Counted from the stretch's first letter, positions 18,847-28,697 are shown. The stretch: 64,000 bases of DNA from Pseudomonadota bacterium (GCA_041178085.1 JBEGVZ010000037.1:8733-72732), one strand, 5' to 3'. Program-made: numbers and translations. Notes: generated from the sequence alone by a model not told the origin.

Positions 18847-19838
18847 TGAACGCGCTGATGTTCGGTCAAGTGGCAAGCTGACAGGTGCCCCTTGTCGCAA
18901 GCGACAAGACCCGGCGCCTCCGTTCGGCAACGGTCCCATGCATGTTCGCAACGCGTCTGGAATGCACAGCCTGGAGGTGGTTTCATCGGACTGGGCAAGT
19001 CGCCCCGAAGGATGATCCGCTCACGCACCCGTTCCAGATCAGGGTCCGCCACCGGCACAGCACTGAGCAAGGCCCTGGTATATGGGTGCCGGGGACTGGC
19101 GAAAAGCTCTTCTGTCGCTGCCGCCTCTACGATCTTGCCCAGGTACATGACTGCGATACGGTCAGAAATATGACGGACCACGGATATATCATGGGCGATG
19201 AACAAGTAGGACAGCTTCAGCTCCCTTTGCAGCTTGCGCATCAAGTTCAATATTTGCGCCTGGATCGAAACGTCCAGGGCAGAGACCGGCTCATCGCAAA
19301 TGATGACTTTGGGACGTGGCGCCAACGCACGGGCAATCGCAATCCTTTGACGCTGCCCCCCGGAAAACTCATGTGGATATTTCCGCACAAAGCGCGGCGA
19401 CAAACCGACCTTCGCCATCAATTCCGCCACTTCCCTGTCAGTTTCTGCCGCGGTATGCGTAATACCATGTGTGCGCAACGGTTCTGAAAGAATCTGATGG
19501 ACTGTCATCCTGGGATTGAGTGACGAATAAGGATCCTGGAAGATCATCTGAAAGTTGATCCTTTGGCTGCGCAGCGCCTCGCCTGACAAGTGTGTGATGT
19601 CCTGCCCACAAATGGAAACACTCCCTGCCGTTGGCTCATAAAGCCTTATCAGGGCGCGTCCAAGCGTACTCTTGCCGCATCCAGATTCGCCCACAAGGCC
19701 AAGCGTCTCGCCTGCGCGCAGTTCCAGCGTGACACCATCTACCGCCTTGACCAGCCCAACTTGACGCTGAAGCAAGCCCTTTCTGACCGGAAAATGCATC
19801 CGGATATCTTGCGCAGACAAGACAATTTCGTAACTCAT
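18831..19838 (-). CDS. oppF: oligopeptide/dipeptide ABC transporter ATP-binding protein
   Basis: Walker A GESGCGKST, signature FSGGQRQR, Walker B VIICDEPVSALD and an oligopeptide C-terminal domain (PPGCAFQTRC). ATG 19838 overlaps the oppD stop (ATGA). Confidence 0.9.
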   Translation of the reverse strand: MSYEIVLSAQDIRMHFPVRKGLLQRQVGLVKAVDGVTLELRAGETLGLVGESGCGKSTLGRALIRLYEPTAGSVSICGQDITHLSGEALRSQRINFQMIFQDPYSSLNPRMTVHQILSEPLRTHGITHTAAETDREVAELMAKVGLSPRFVRKYPHEFSGGQRQRIAIARALAPRPKVIICDEPVSALDVSIQAQILNLMRKLQRELKLSYLFIAHDISVVRHISDRIAVMYLGKIVEAAATEELFASPRHPYTRALLSAVPVADPDLERVRERIILRGDLPSPMKPPPGCAFQTRCEHAWDRCRTEAPGLVACDKGHLSACHLTEHQRVHQRVC

Positions 19839-20815
19839 GGCAAATGCTCCTGATAGCAAACCGATCGATGTGTGGCAGAAAATTTCCTGACCGGGATCTC
19901 GACGTTCATGCGGCATTGTTCATTTACATGGGGGCACCGTGGCGCAAACGCACATCCGGGGGGCAGTCTGGATGTATCTGGTGGCAATCCCGGAATGCTG
20001 AACAAATCGCCAGACCGGCTTTGCGCCAGCGATGGGGCGGAGCGCAAAAGTCCATCCGTGTAGGGATGGGCTGTGCTGTGAAAAACTTCCCGCACCGTGC
20101 CATGCTCCACTGGACGCCCCGCATACATGACCATCACGTTGTCAGTGACGCCGGCAACAACACCAAGATCGTGTGTGATCAGGATCAAGGCCATTCCGTA
20201 GCTCTTCTGCAACTGCTTGAGCAATTCGAGGATCTGCGCCTGCACCGTCACGTCGAGCGCCGTTGTCGGCTCGTCGGCGATCAACAGCTTGGGCCGGTTC
20301 ATGAGCGCCATGGCGATCATCACGCGTTGGCGCATGCCTCCAGAAAACTGGTGAGGATATTGCGAGAGTCGTTGAGCGGGATCCGGGATCCCGACTTCCT
20401 CGAGGCGCTCGATGGCGATGTCCCGGGCCTCGGCCCGCGTCACCTTCCGGTGAGCCGTAACGACTTCGGTCAATTGTTGGCCAACCGTAAGGAAAGGATT
20501 CAGCGAAGTCATCGGATCCTGGAAAATCATGGAAATCTCAGATCCAAGGATACGCCTCATTTCGCGGCGCGGTGCAGCGACGAGGTCCAAGCGCCCTTCC
20601 CACAAAGCACTTCCACCGATAACCTTGCCTGGCGGCGTCGGAATCAGCCCCAGGATGGATTGCATCGTAACCGACTTCCCTGAACCGGACTCCCCGACAA
20701 TGCCAAGCGTTTCGAACCTTTCGATCGCGAAACTGACACCATCAACCGCTTTGACAACTCCGTCGCGCGTGAAGAAATGAGTCCGCAGGTCTTTGACTTC
20801 AAGTAATGCTCCCAT
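19835..20815 (-). CDS. oppD: oligopeptide/dipeptide ABC transporter ATP-binding protein
   Basis: Walker [30 protein letters not shown] and [10 protein letters not shown]. Start re-picked at [10 protein letters not shown]. Confidence 0.9.
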   Translation of the reverse strand: MGALLEVKDLRTHFFTRDGVVKAVDGVSFAIERFETLGIVGESGSGKSVTMQSILGLIPTPPGKVIGGSALWEGRLDLVAAPRREMRRILGSEISMIFQDPMTSLNPFLTVGQQLTEVVTAHRKVTRAEARDIAIERLEEVGIPDPAQRLSQYPHQFSGGMRQRVMIAMALMNRPKLLIADEPTTALDVTVQAQILELLKQLQKSYGMALILITHDLGVVAGVTDNVMVMYAGRPVEHGTVREVFHSTAHPYTDGLLRSAPSLAQSRSGDLFSIPGLPPDTSRLPPGCAFAPRCPHVNEQCRMNVEIPVRKFSATHRSVCYQEHLP

Positions 20816-20819
20816 TGCC

Positions 20820-21776
20820 CTAGTCCTTGCTCGCCTTTGGATCAAGGGCGTCACGCAGCCCGTCACCAAGGAAGTTGAGCGCAAAAAGTGTGGAAACAAG
20901 CGTCAAACAAGGAAAAACCAGCATCCACGGGTAGGTTTCCATTGCCGAAACACCGCTCGAGATCAAAGTCCCCCAGCTGGACATGGGTTCCTGAACCCCA
21001 AGCCCAAGGAAGCTCAGAAAGGCCTCTTCGAGCATCACCTGGGGAATCGTCAAAGTAACAAACACGATGACCGGCCCGAGCGTGTTGGGAATGATGTGGC
21101 GCAGGATGATTCTTGCCCGCGTGACTCCGGTTGCCTCCGCAGCCTCGACAAAATCAGAGCGACGAAGACTCACCACCTGGCCGCGGACAATCCTTGCCAT
21201 CGTGAGCCATGAGATCGCACCAAGAGCCAGGAACAAAACGTAAATATTGCGCCCGACCAGGACCATCAAGATGATGACGAAGAAAGTAAACGGCAAGGCG
21301 TAAAGAATTTCGACAATCCGCATCATGACATTATCAACGCGGCCGCCGGCATAGCCGGAAATCGCACCGTAAACGACACCAATGGTCACGCTTACGAAAG
21401 TCGAGAGGATCCCAACCATCAGGGATACACGGCCGCCGTAAAGTATCCGGCTGAACAAGTCCCTGCCAAGATCATCGGTGCCGAAAAGATGAAGGGTATC
21501 TGGAGGCACAGCCCCGAGGGCCAGATCTGTCTCTTCGTAGGAAAATGGTGCAATCCATGGCGCCAAAACAGCCATCACGGCGACGATAATCAGGTAAATC
21601 ATCCCGGCGGTTGCCATTTTGTTTTTGAGAAGCCTGCTCCAGGCGTCCTGCCATAGGCTGCGGCCTTTCTCGCCCGACGCCGCTACAACGTCGCCCCCCT
21701 CGCCCAGCGAAGCTGGCTGGTCCAGGTTTTCCAGCATGGATCCTACGATATCCCTTGTGACTGCGTTGCTATTCAT
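20820..21776 (-). CDS. oppC: oligopeptide ABC transporter permease
   Basis: OppC/DppC-like TM pattern and EAA-type loop (VEAAEATGVTRARIILRHIIPN). Start re-picked at MNSNAV (ATG 21776), overlapping the oppB stop by 8 nt. Confidence 0.88.
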   Translation of the reverse strand: MNSNAVTRDIVGSMLENLDQPASLGEGGDVVAASGEKGRSLWQDAWSRLLKNKMATAGMIYLIIVAVMAVLAPWIAPFSYEETDLALGAVPPDTLHLFGTDDLGRDLFSRILYGGRVSLMVGILSTFVSVTIGVVYGAISGYAGGRVDNVMMRIVEILYALPFTFFVIILMVLVGRNIYVLFLALGAISWLTMARIVRGQVVSLRRSDFVEAAEATGVTRARIILRHIIPNTLGPVIVFVTLTIPQVMLEEAFLSFLGLGVQEPMSSWGTLISSGVSAMETYPWMLVFPCLTLVSTLFALNFLGDGLRDALDPKASKD

Positions 21777-22686
21777 AGCGCACCCGTGGGTCCAAAAATG
21801 CGTAAATGACATCCGTCACGAGGTTGCAAAGTAAAACCAGGACAGCAAGAAAAAGCACCGTACCCATGACCAGGGTATAATCCCGGTTGAGGGCCGACTG
21901 GACAAAGAAACGCCCAAGCCCCGGGATGTTGAAGATGGTTTCCACCACGAGGGATCCGGTCACCACCGCGGCCACAGCCGGGCCCATGAAGGACACGACA
22001 GGAAGCAGTCCCCCCCTCATCGTATGACGGACCATGATGGCGAAACCGGACAGTCCCTTGGCTTTGGCCGTGCGGATATAATCCTGGCGGATGATATCCA
22101 TCAGCCCAGCCCTGGTCAGTCGAGAAATGTACGCCGCATAACTAGTACCAAGCGTAAGGCTTGGCAGGATCATGTCCTTCCACGAGTCCCATCCAGCAAC
22201 AGGCAGCCACTTCAGTGTCGAGGCAAAAACCAGGACCAGAAGGGGACCGATCACGAATGAAGGCATGCAGATGCCAAGCATCGATATGCCCATGGCAGAA
22301 TAATCCCTGACCGAGTTCGGCTTGCTGGCCGCAAAAAGCCCTGCGGCAACACCAAGGAGCAGCGCATAGATCAGTGCGAGGATCCCAAGTGTGGCTGACA
22401 CAGGGAAAGTCTCTGCAATGATGTCATTCACAGACCGCCCGGCGTAGCGAAACGATGGACCCAGGTCAAAGCGTGCCAGCTGGCCAAGAAAGCGTCCGTA
22501 CTGGACAAGAAGGGGATCATTCAGGTGGTACTGTTCTTCAATGTTCTTCAAAATTTCCGCGGGTATCTGCCGTTCTGAGTCAAACGGACCGCCAGGAGCA
22601 GCCTTCATCAGAACGAACGTCAGCGTGGCAATGATCCACAGCACGGGAATCATCGCAAGCAAGCGTTTCAGGATGTAAAGGATCAT
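21769..22686 (-). CDS. oppB: oligopeptide ABC transporter permease
   Basis: MILYILKRLLAMIPVLW is a typical OppB/DppB N-terminus. YIRTAKAKGLS loop. ATG 22686 is preferred (GGGGAAAG SD) because ATG 22698 abuts a GC hairpin. Confidence 0.88.
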   Translation of the reverse strand: MILYILKRLLAMIPVLWIIATLTFVLMKAAPGGPFDSERQIPAEILKNIEEQYHLNDPLLVQYGRFLGQLARFDLGPSFRYAGRSVNDIIAETFPVSATLGILALIYALLLGVAAGLFAASKPNSVRDYSAMGISMLGICMPSFVIGPLLVLVFASTLKWLPVAGWDSWKDMILPSLTLGTSYAAYISRLTRAGLMDIIRQDYIRTAKAKGLSGFAIMVRHTMRGGLLPVVSFMGPAVAAVVTGSLVVETIFNIPGLGRFFVQSALNRDYTLVMGTVLFLAVLVLLCNLVTDVIYAFLDPRVRYE

Positions 22687-22698
22687 CGCTTTCCCCAT

Positions 22699-22720
22699 GC
22701 GCCGGGCACAGTCCCGGCGC
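22699..22720 (-). promoter_or_regulatory. intercistronic GC-rich stem-loop between oppA and oppB
   Basis: Perfect 8-bp inverted repeat GCGCCGGG-cacagt-CCCGGCGC located between the oppA stop (22740) and the oppB start. On the transcribed strand no U-run follows the stem. Confidence 0.55.
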
Positions 22721-22739
22721 GTTCAAAAAAGATCCCCTG

Positions 22740-24398
22740 TTACTTCGTCATCACGTAGTTCTTGAGCGGCATGGAATCGAGGATGTTCGACTTCCACGGC
22801 ACTGCATTCAAGGCGCCATCGAGCAAAGCAACCTTTCGGCTTTGCAGGCGGTTCCGCGTGTACACATAAATCGGGATGACCGGCATTTCGGACATCAGGA
22901 TCGTTTCGGCCTTCTTGAAGATGGCATGGCGCGATGCTTGATCCTTGGCCCTTGCGGCTTCTGCGATCAAACGATCGTAATCTTTGTTGGACCATCCGGT
23001 GTTGTTGTTGCCACCACCAGTGACCCACATGTCCAGAAAGGTATTTGGATCAGGGTAATCACCGATCCATGCTGAGCGCGAGACAGCGTAGTTCATCTGG
23101 GCTTGGCTGGTCAGGTAGACCTTCCACTCCTGATTATACAAACCAACTTCAATCCCCAGGTGTTTCTTCCACATCTGCTGGATGGCGATGGCAATCTTCT
23201 TGTGGTCCTCGGATGTGTTGTAGAGGATGTCAAGTTTGGGGAACCCCTTGCCACCAGGGAACCCGGCATCTGCGAGCAGTTTTTGCGCTTCAGCAAGCGC
23301 CGCAGGCGTCATGGTCGCGTTCAGAGTACCATCAAACGTGTATCCGGCTGTGTTGGGTGGAGTAAACCCAAGGGCCGGCGTCTGGCCACCAAGCGTAACC
23401 TTTTCAATCAACGTCTTGCGATCGATCGTCAAGGCAAGGGCCCTGCGCACACGCTTGTCATCAAGTGGCTTTTTGTTCACGTTCAAGCGGTAGAAATAGG
23501 TGCCCAGGTACGGATGGCTCTGGTACGGGTGCTGCTCCGGACTCGATTCTTTCTCTTTTGCATACTTCGGGATCCGCAGCGACGGGACCGTGTTGGTCAT
23601 GTCGAGCTCGCCCTGGTGAAACATCTTATTTTCGGTGTCGATGTTTTCGATGGGCAGGAATACTGCTTCAGAGAGCTTCACTTTACCAGCATCCCAGTAG
23701 TTCTCATTGCGGACCATTTTTATGTGCTTGTTGATCTTCCACTCCGTCAGGCGGAAGGGGCCGTTGGACACCATCTTGCCTTCGTGGGTCCACTCTTCCT
23801 CACCGTACTTCTTGATGATGTGGGCAGGCACAGGATAGAGCGTGTAAAAACTGGTCAAACGCAGGAAGAAAGGCGTCGAGGATTTTAGCGTGACGACCAG
23901 GGTGCGCTTGTCCGTCGCCTTGACGCCAACTTTTGCAGGATCCTTGATCTTGCCCGTATTGAACTCTTCGCCATTCTCCAGGTAGTACAGCTGGTAGGCA
24001 TATTCTGACGCTGTCTTGGGCGCGAGGGCCCTCAGCCACGACGAAACAAAATCCTCGGCCGTCAGCGGCGTGCCGTCGGACCACTTTGCATCAGGGCGGA
24101 TGTTGAACGTATAGGTCTTGCCATCCCGGGATACCTTCCACGAAGACGCCATGCCCGGGGTCGGCTCCAGGGTCACCGGATCCTGTCCGGTCAGTCCTTC
24201 AAAGAGGTTTTGCAAAATATGATGTTCCGGTACGCCGGTCACTTTGGCCGGGTCGAGGCCCTTGGGCTCTGTGCCGTTGCCGATACGGATCACCTGTTGA
24301 TCGGCTAGCGGAAGGGCTGCCAGGGTATTGGGCGCGTTTTGCACGACATAAGCCAAGAGCGCCGGAATCAAAACTTTTTGGGCCAGGTTTGCAAACAT
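22740..24398 (-). CDS. oppA: oligopeptide ABC transporter substrate-binding protein (family 5)
   Basis: GAGGAGGAAG RBS before ATG 24398. Signal peptide MFANLAQKVLIPALLAYVVQNAPNTLAA. SBP_bac_5 features (NGTEPKGLDPAKVTGVPEHHILQNLFEGL...). Confidence 0.88.
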   Translation of the reverse strand: MFANLAQKVLIPALLAYVVQNAPNTLAALPLADQQVIRIGNGTEPKGLDPAKVTGVPEHHILQNLFEGLTGQDPVTLEPTPGMASSWKVSRDGKTYTFNIRPDAKWSDGTPLTAEDFVSSWLRALAPKTASEYAYQLYYLENGEEFNTGKIKDPAKVGVKATDKRTLVVTLKSSTPFFLRLTSFYTLYPVPAHIIKKYGEEEWTHEGKMVSNGPFRLTEWKINKHIKMVRNENYWDAGKVKLSEAVFLPIENIDTENKMFHQGELDMTNTVPSLRIPKYAKEKESSPEQHPYQSHPYLGTYFYRLNVNKKPLDDKRVRRALALTIDRKTLIEKVTLGGQTPALGFTPPNTAGYTFDGTLNATMTPAALAEAQKLLADAGFPGGKGFPKLDILYNTSEDHKKIAIAIQQMWKKHLGIEVGLYNQEWKVYLTSQAQMNYAVSRSAWIGDYPDPNTFLDMWVTGGGNNNTGWSNKDYDRLIAEAARAKDQASRHAIFKKAETILMSEMPVIPIYVYTRNRLQSRKVALLDGALNAVPWKSNILDSMPLKNYVMTK

Positions 24399-24563
24399 TG
24401 AGAGCTTCCTCCTCAAAGGACGACCGTAAAACAAACACATCGCCTCACCTGATTTTATCGGTGCGGAGACACTGATGTCGATGAATTGGAGATTGGTCTT
24501 GAAAGAAACTCTCAGATGGGAAACTAGCCCAAGCTGATCTTTGGTGTCAACAGCGGGCTTCGA

Positions 24564-24800
24564 CTATTTTTTAACCGGCACGCAGGAAATCGCACCGCCT
24601 TGCATGGAACACATTGTCCCGTTGGGGCATTTGAACATGGCGCTGGCACAATCCGAATCCTTAGGCAGCCTATGCTTGGTGTCTGTTCTTTTTGCTGTCG
24701 CCGCCCCTGACGGTCCCTCTGGCGAAGTCTTGGACCGGGCGCCGCACCCAACAAGCAAGAACACGATCGAAAAAATCCCTGCCCATGTTTTCTGTCTCAT
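24564..24800 (-). CDS. small cysteine-rich lipoprotein (78 aa)
   Basis: ATG 24800 overlaps the stop of the upstream 592-aa gene (ATGA). Lipobox FLLVGC|G. The mature part has 4 further Cys (DCASAMFKCPNGTMCSMQGGAISC). Confidence 0.6.
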   Translation of the reverse strand: MRQKTWAGIFSIVFLLVGCGARSKTSPEGPSGAATAKRTDTKHRLPKDSDCASAMFKCPNGTMCSMQGGAISCVPVKK

Positions 24801-26575
24801 TGGCAAAACCCCGTTGCAGGATTATAGGCCAGCGGTGGGTTGCAACACTGGCAAAACCCCTTGTCATACACGCAGCCTTTGTTACATGGCCCGGGCTCCG
24901 GCGCTTCCTGGCCGCACATATCCATCCAAAGACCGTTGACCAGGGTGGGCGTACACACACAGTGGTTCGGATAATCCCGCGGCGGACAACTTCCAGCTCC
25001 GCATTGAACGATCGTTCCCCCGCACGCCGGCGGCGGCGGCGGCGTCGGCGTCGGCGGATCAACGGAAGGCGGCGGCGTCGGCGGCGGCGGATCAACGGAA
25101 GGCGGCGGCGTCGGCGGCGGCGTCGGCGGATCAACGGAAGGCGGCGGCGTCGGCGGGCCAACGGAGGGCGGCGACGTCGGCGGATCAACGGAAGGCGATG
25201 GCGTCGGCGGCGGCGTCGGTGGTAGTCCGCCTGACATCACCGCACAACCACCACCCTGCGCAAGCGGATTACAACCTGGGGGCGCAACGCAGCAAACACT
25301 TGAGGTACCCTGTAACAGCGGATTCCAGTTTGCTACCGCACAACGCTGCTGACCTTGTTCACACTCATCGCTATTTTTTGATGGAGCTTTCAATTGCCAG
25401 CAGTCTGTCCTGTTGCCCTTCAAGCAAAGGCAATATGGATCGCTGAACAGTGCGTGAAATTTCTTTTTGTTTTCCTCTGTGGGAGCGAGGCAATACGCAT
25501 CTCCCCCACACATGTCCTTTGAATTGTCTTCAAACTTGTTGTCAGAGTTGTACCCCGCGCGAATATAAGGACATCCGGTGACCGCAAGGCAAAGCGTGTT
25601 GCCGACCGTGGCCCCTTCCTTGTTGCAGTCCTCGTATTCACACTTCGCATCCTTCCCACGCGTAACGCATTCCTCGATACAACTGGGGCGTTGCTGGTCT
25701 TCCAGCGTATTGCTGGACTCAGGATGCCGCTCATCGTAGGCCTTGGCGCACTGACCCCGCAAGTCAGCATCTGTTGGCGGCTGCGTCGACCCTGATGCAC
25801 AGGGTTTGACGATCGGTATATCCGGGCACTGGGGCAAAGGTTTAATTTTTTCGAGATTGTCATTGCACGCCTTATAGGCTGCCCCACACTCGATCAACCA
25901 ACCAACCTTGGACCCGTATTTGCAGACGTTCAAGAGAGCGCTGCCGTAGGGGTTCTCTTTAAGCGCCTCTTTTGCCGCCTCTGTCAGGCACTTGGTGGCG
26001 CCACAAACAAGTTTGCCGAAGCCTTCATCGGGCGCTCCCCCGTTGCTGATTTTCCTGAGAGCCTCCCTCAGTTTATCCATGGCTTCGTTGCATTCTTTGC
26101 CTTCAGTTATAGGTAGTCCGGTGATGCCATCAAGGAACCCAAGACCAATGTCGATCGCCGTGTCTTCCAGTGGTTTGACCAGGCATTTGTCACAAAGCGT
26201 CTGACATTGTGGACCTGCACCGGGAGGAATGCTGCGACAAATCTTTTCTTTGACCTCATCGATTGCATCATCAATGGGATCCAGCACGAGATTCAGACAC
26301 TGACCAACCCATACCCAAGCCTGGTCAGCAACGTCCTTGCAAATTTCCGGCACCGTACCGTGGACATAGGTCGATGCGTCAATGATCCCTTCCTGAATGC
26401 TCGTACAAAGGCTATCGACCGCAGCCTGACAGGCGCTGGGTAATTGCACCGGGTTATAAGGCACCTGGGAAAAGCCGGTGGCTGGCAGGCACACAAAGTG
26501 AAGAAGAATCCCAGCCGCATTGCGGCGCAGGAAAGACCCTTTAGGTACCTTGGCAAGAAAATCCATTCGGAACAC
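24797..26575 (-). CDS. large cysteine-rich secreted protein with proline-rich repeat linker
   Basis: 592 aa (GTG 26575 or ATG 26566). Hydrophobic N-terminus. 47 Cys by my count. PSVDPP/TPPP repeat block followed by a ~75-aa Cys-rich C-terminal module. No catalytic motif recognised. Confidence 0.7.
   Translation of the reverse strand: MFRMDFLAKVPKGSFLRRNAAGILLHFVCLPATGFSQVPYNPVQLPSACQAAVDSLCTSIQEGIIDASTYVHGTVPEICKDVADQAWVWVGQCLNLVLDPIDDAIDEVKEKICRSIPPGAGPQCQTLCDKCLVKPLEDTAIDIGLGFLDGITGLPITEGKECNEAMDKLREALRKISNGGAPDEGFGKLVCGATKCLTEAAKEALKENPYGSALLNVCKYGSKVGWLIECGAAYKACNDNLEKIKPLPQCPDIPIVKPCASGSTQPPTDADLRGQCAKAYDERHPESSNTLEDQQRPSCIEECVTRGKDAKCEYEDCNKEGATVGNTLCLAVTGCPYIRAGYNSDNKFEDNSKDMCGGDAYCLAPTEENKKKFHALFSDPYCLCLKGNRTDCWQLKAPSKNSDECEQGQQRCAVANWNPLLQGTSSVCCVAPPGCNPLAQGGGCAVMSGGLPPTPPPTPSPSVDPPTSPPSVGPPTPPPSVDPPTPPPTPPPSVDPPPPTPPPSVDPPTPTPPPPPACGGTIVQCGAGSCPPRDYPNHCVCTPTLVNGLWMDMCGQEAPEPGPCNKGCVYDKGFCQCCNPPLAYNPATGFCQ
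25025..25225 (-). repeat. imperfect in-frame tandem repeats encoding a PPTPPPSVDPP linker
   Basis: The core CGGATCAACGGAAGG occurs at 25055, 25088, 25127 and 25181, with a variant CGGGCCAACGGAGGG at 25154. Spacings are 33, 39, 27 and 27 bp. All six frames are open here (poly-Arg shadow ORFs). Confidence 0.85.
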
Positions 26576-26663
26576 TCACTCCAGTCCACCAGACCAGATG
26601 TCGATCGGCATTCAAACGATCAAAAGTGAGGGTAACCGGTAAAACGCTGGCTTGACTGGTTCG

Positions 26664-27683
26664 CTAGTGGTTTATTTTATTTATTATTATCAATTGGTTA
26701 CAGGAATCCAAAGCCTCGAAAACGATATCGGGCCCCGCCCCCTTGAACCACGTGATCTGGCGTTTGGCGTATTGGCGGGTGGCGATCACGATGGCGTCGC
26801 GCACCTGCTGCAGTTCCGTGGAATCCAGGCCCGCGTGAAGTCCAGCCGTCACAGACTTCGTCGATTGCTCCTGAAGCGCCGCAGCCACCTCGCGGTATCC
26901 GATAGCCTGCATTGGCTTGGCGTGCAGCGGGCAGCCCGCCGCGAGTAATCCCCGCACCTCTTCCACCAGACCACTTGCCAGCATCTCATCCACACGCTGC
27001 GCGATGCGTTCGTGCAAGCCTGCACGATCGGGATTCAGGAAAACGATCAATGTGTTTTGCCGCACGTCTGTCCGCTGCGCACCGGCCGTGGCCGCGCGCC
27101 CTGCATCCTCGCCTGACAAACTCATCATTGCCGACACGGGCTTTCCCGTCAGGCGGCAAAGTTCCACCGCACGCAGGATCCGCACCCGGTCGTTCGGGTG
27201 CAACTGTGCAGCGCGAGCGGGGTCCAGGGATTCAAGTTCTTGCCAAAGGTCCTCTGTCGAAATCTGTTGAAGCGTCGCCCGAAGCGTTTCATCCTTGGGC
27301 AAATCGGCTTCAAATCCCTGACCCAGAAAAGCACGCAAATAAAGCCCTGTGCCGCCGACAAGAATCGGCAATGCACCGCGCGCGCGGATGGATGAGACGG
27401 TCTCGTGCGCCAAAGTTGCGTAACGCCCGGCATCGAAATCTTCGTGCCACGAAACGACGTCAATCAAGTGATGGGGGAATTCGCTACGTTCTGAAAGAGA
27501 TGGCTTCGCAGATCCAATGTTAAAGTCCCGGTAGACTTGCACCGAGTCGCAGCCGACAATTTCTGCCTTGATGCCCCTCACCTGCGCCAACTGCCGTGCA
27601 AGGTTCATGGCAAAGGCGCTCTTGCCGCTGGCCGTTGGCCCGACAATTGCCACTTGATGAAGTTTTTGTTCGAGCTGGATCAA
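26664..27683 (-). CDS. miaA: tRNA dimethylallyltransferase
   Basis: P-loop IVGPTASGKSAFAMNLA, then DSVQVYRDFNIGSAKP and PILVGGTGLYLRAF. The annotated start is TTG 27683, 3 nt after the upstream stop. An internal GVG-context GTG alternative is possible. Confidence 0.9.
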   Translation of the reverse strand: MIQLEQKLHQVAIVGPTASGKSAFAMNLARQLAQVRGIKAEIVGCDSVQVYRDFNIGSAKPSLSERSEFPHHLIDVVSWHEDFDAGRYATLAHETVSSIRARGALPILVGGTGLYLRAFLGQGFEADLPKDETLRATLQQISTEDLWQELESLDPARAAQLHPNDRVRILRAVELCRLTGKPVSAMMSLSGEDAGRAATAGAQRTDVRQNTLIVFLNPDRAGLHERIAQRVDEMLASGLVEEVRGLLAAGCPLHAKPMQAIGYREVAAALQEQSTKSVTAGLHAGLDSTELQQVRDAIVIATRQYAKRQITWFKGAGPDIVFEALDSCNQLIIINKINH

Positions 27684-27686
27684 GGA

Positions 27687-28697
27687 TCAATTGGTACCGA
27701 TAAATGAGCGGCAGGTTTCCTCTGCACCCAGCACGCCGCTGCGCCCCATCGAACTGACCATTTTCTCAAACAAGTAACCACCGACGTTCCCGCCGACCAC
27801 GGTCAACTTGTTCAGGTCCTCAGGCATTGGACACGCGGCCTTGCAGCCTAGTTTATCCACCGTGGCACCGCCGCCACCGAAAATCCCGTCAACGGCATTA
27901 CCGGCAGTCGTGCCCGTATTGCTTTGCATGGCAATGCAGCCAGCCTGATAGCCTGAGCAAAGCGAACGCCAGAAAGTCATGAAGCCCTGGTAACCGGGCT
28001 GACCTGTGGATTCACCGGTCGACGCACAGGAGGCAGCCTGGGAAAGGAGATGGCAGAATCCGACCGAGCGTGCTGAACCTAGCACTGAATGATTGCCGGC
28101 AACCCCCTGCCAGGAAGAGCCTAGCCCTGCACCAAAACAACGTAGCGATTCGGGCGAAAGATCGCAAAAACCTGCCACGGCGTTGCATGGGGTATGCGAA
28201 CCAATAATCCCGTCGAACGACCCACCGGCGCCTTCGATGACCTGGGCACAACTGTGACATGCATTTGCGTTGAAACGTACGGAAGACTCCTGAAGGCAGC
28301 GGCGCATCTTCAAAGTGTAGGCCTTGAACTGGGCGTTGGAGTCACAGCCCTTCACAAATGCATAATCCCCGCTGGCCAGACCGGTCACACCGGCACAGGT
28401 CTGGTAGTAACCGAGTAGCCTGTTCTTCTCCCCCTCGTCGCAATCAGTCAGACAGAGACGAAGGCGCATGTAGTAGCCACACTCCATTTCCTTGAGGCCA
28501 AGTTCACTCGGATCGGCCGTCACAACAAAGGGATTGCGACAAGACTGAGCCAAGGATGGGCTGGTCTGCCAGTTGGAGCAGGCTGGCCTTACTTCCTCGC
28601 GCAGGCTTGCCGAGGTTTGGTCAGAGCGGGAACGACAGGCGGAGAAAACGGAAGTCAGGAGGAAAAGGAGAAGGAAAAAATGGACCGAGCGACGCAT
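27687..28697 (-). CDS. cysteine-rich lipoprotein (function unknown)
   Basis: ATG 28697 with a GAGGG RBS. Signal/lipobox FLLLFLLTSVFSAC|R. 21 Cys in 336 aa, Gly-rich. No recognisable domain. Confidence 0.65.
   Translation of the reverse strand: MRRSVHFFLLLFLLTSVFSACRSRSDQTSASLREEVRPACSNWQTSPSLAQSCRNPFVVTADPSELGLKEMECGYYMRLRLCLTDCDEGEKNRLLGYYQTCAGVTGLASGDYAFVKGCDSNAQFKAYTLKMRRCLQESSVRFNANACHSCAQVIEGAGGSFDGIIGSHTPCNAVAGFCDLSPESLRCFGAGLGSSWQGVAGNHSVLGSARSVGFCHLLSQAASCASTGESTGQPGYQGFMTFWRSLCSGYQAGCIAMQSNTGTTAGNAVDGIFGGGGATVDKLGCKAACPMPEDLNKLTVVGGNVGGYLFEKMVSSMGRSGVLGAEETCRSFIGTN

Noticed and set aside
24521-24550. A possible sigma70 promoter for oppA on the minus strand (TTGACA-18 nt-TAGTTT).
   Set aside because: The -10 hexamer is weak, the spacer is 18 nt, and the implied leader is about 120 nt. 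It cannot be supported from sequence alone.
24670-25225. ORFs encoding poly-Arg proteins (172 aa minus strand, 177 aa plus strand, RRRRRR runs).
   Set aside because: These are shadow frames of the GGC/GCG-rich Pro-linker repeat of the 592-aa gene. They have no RBS and no plausible protein composition. The frame encoding PPTPPPSVDPP is continuous with a long, signal-peptide-bearing ORF.
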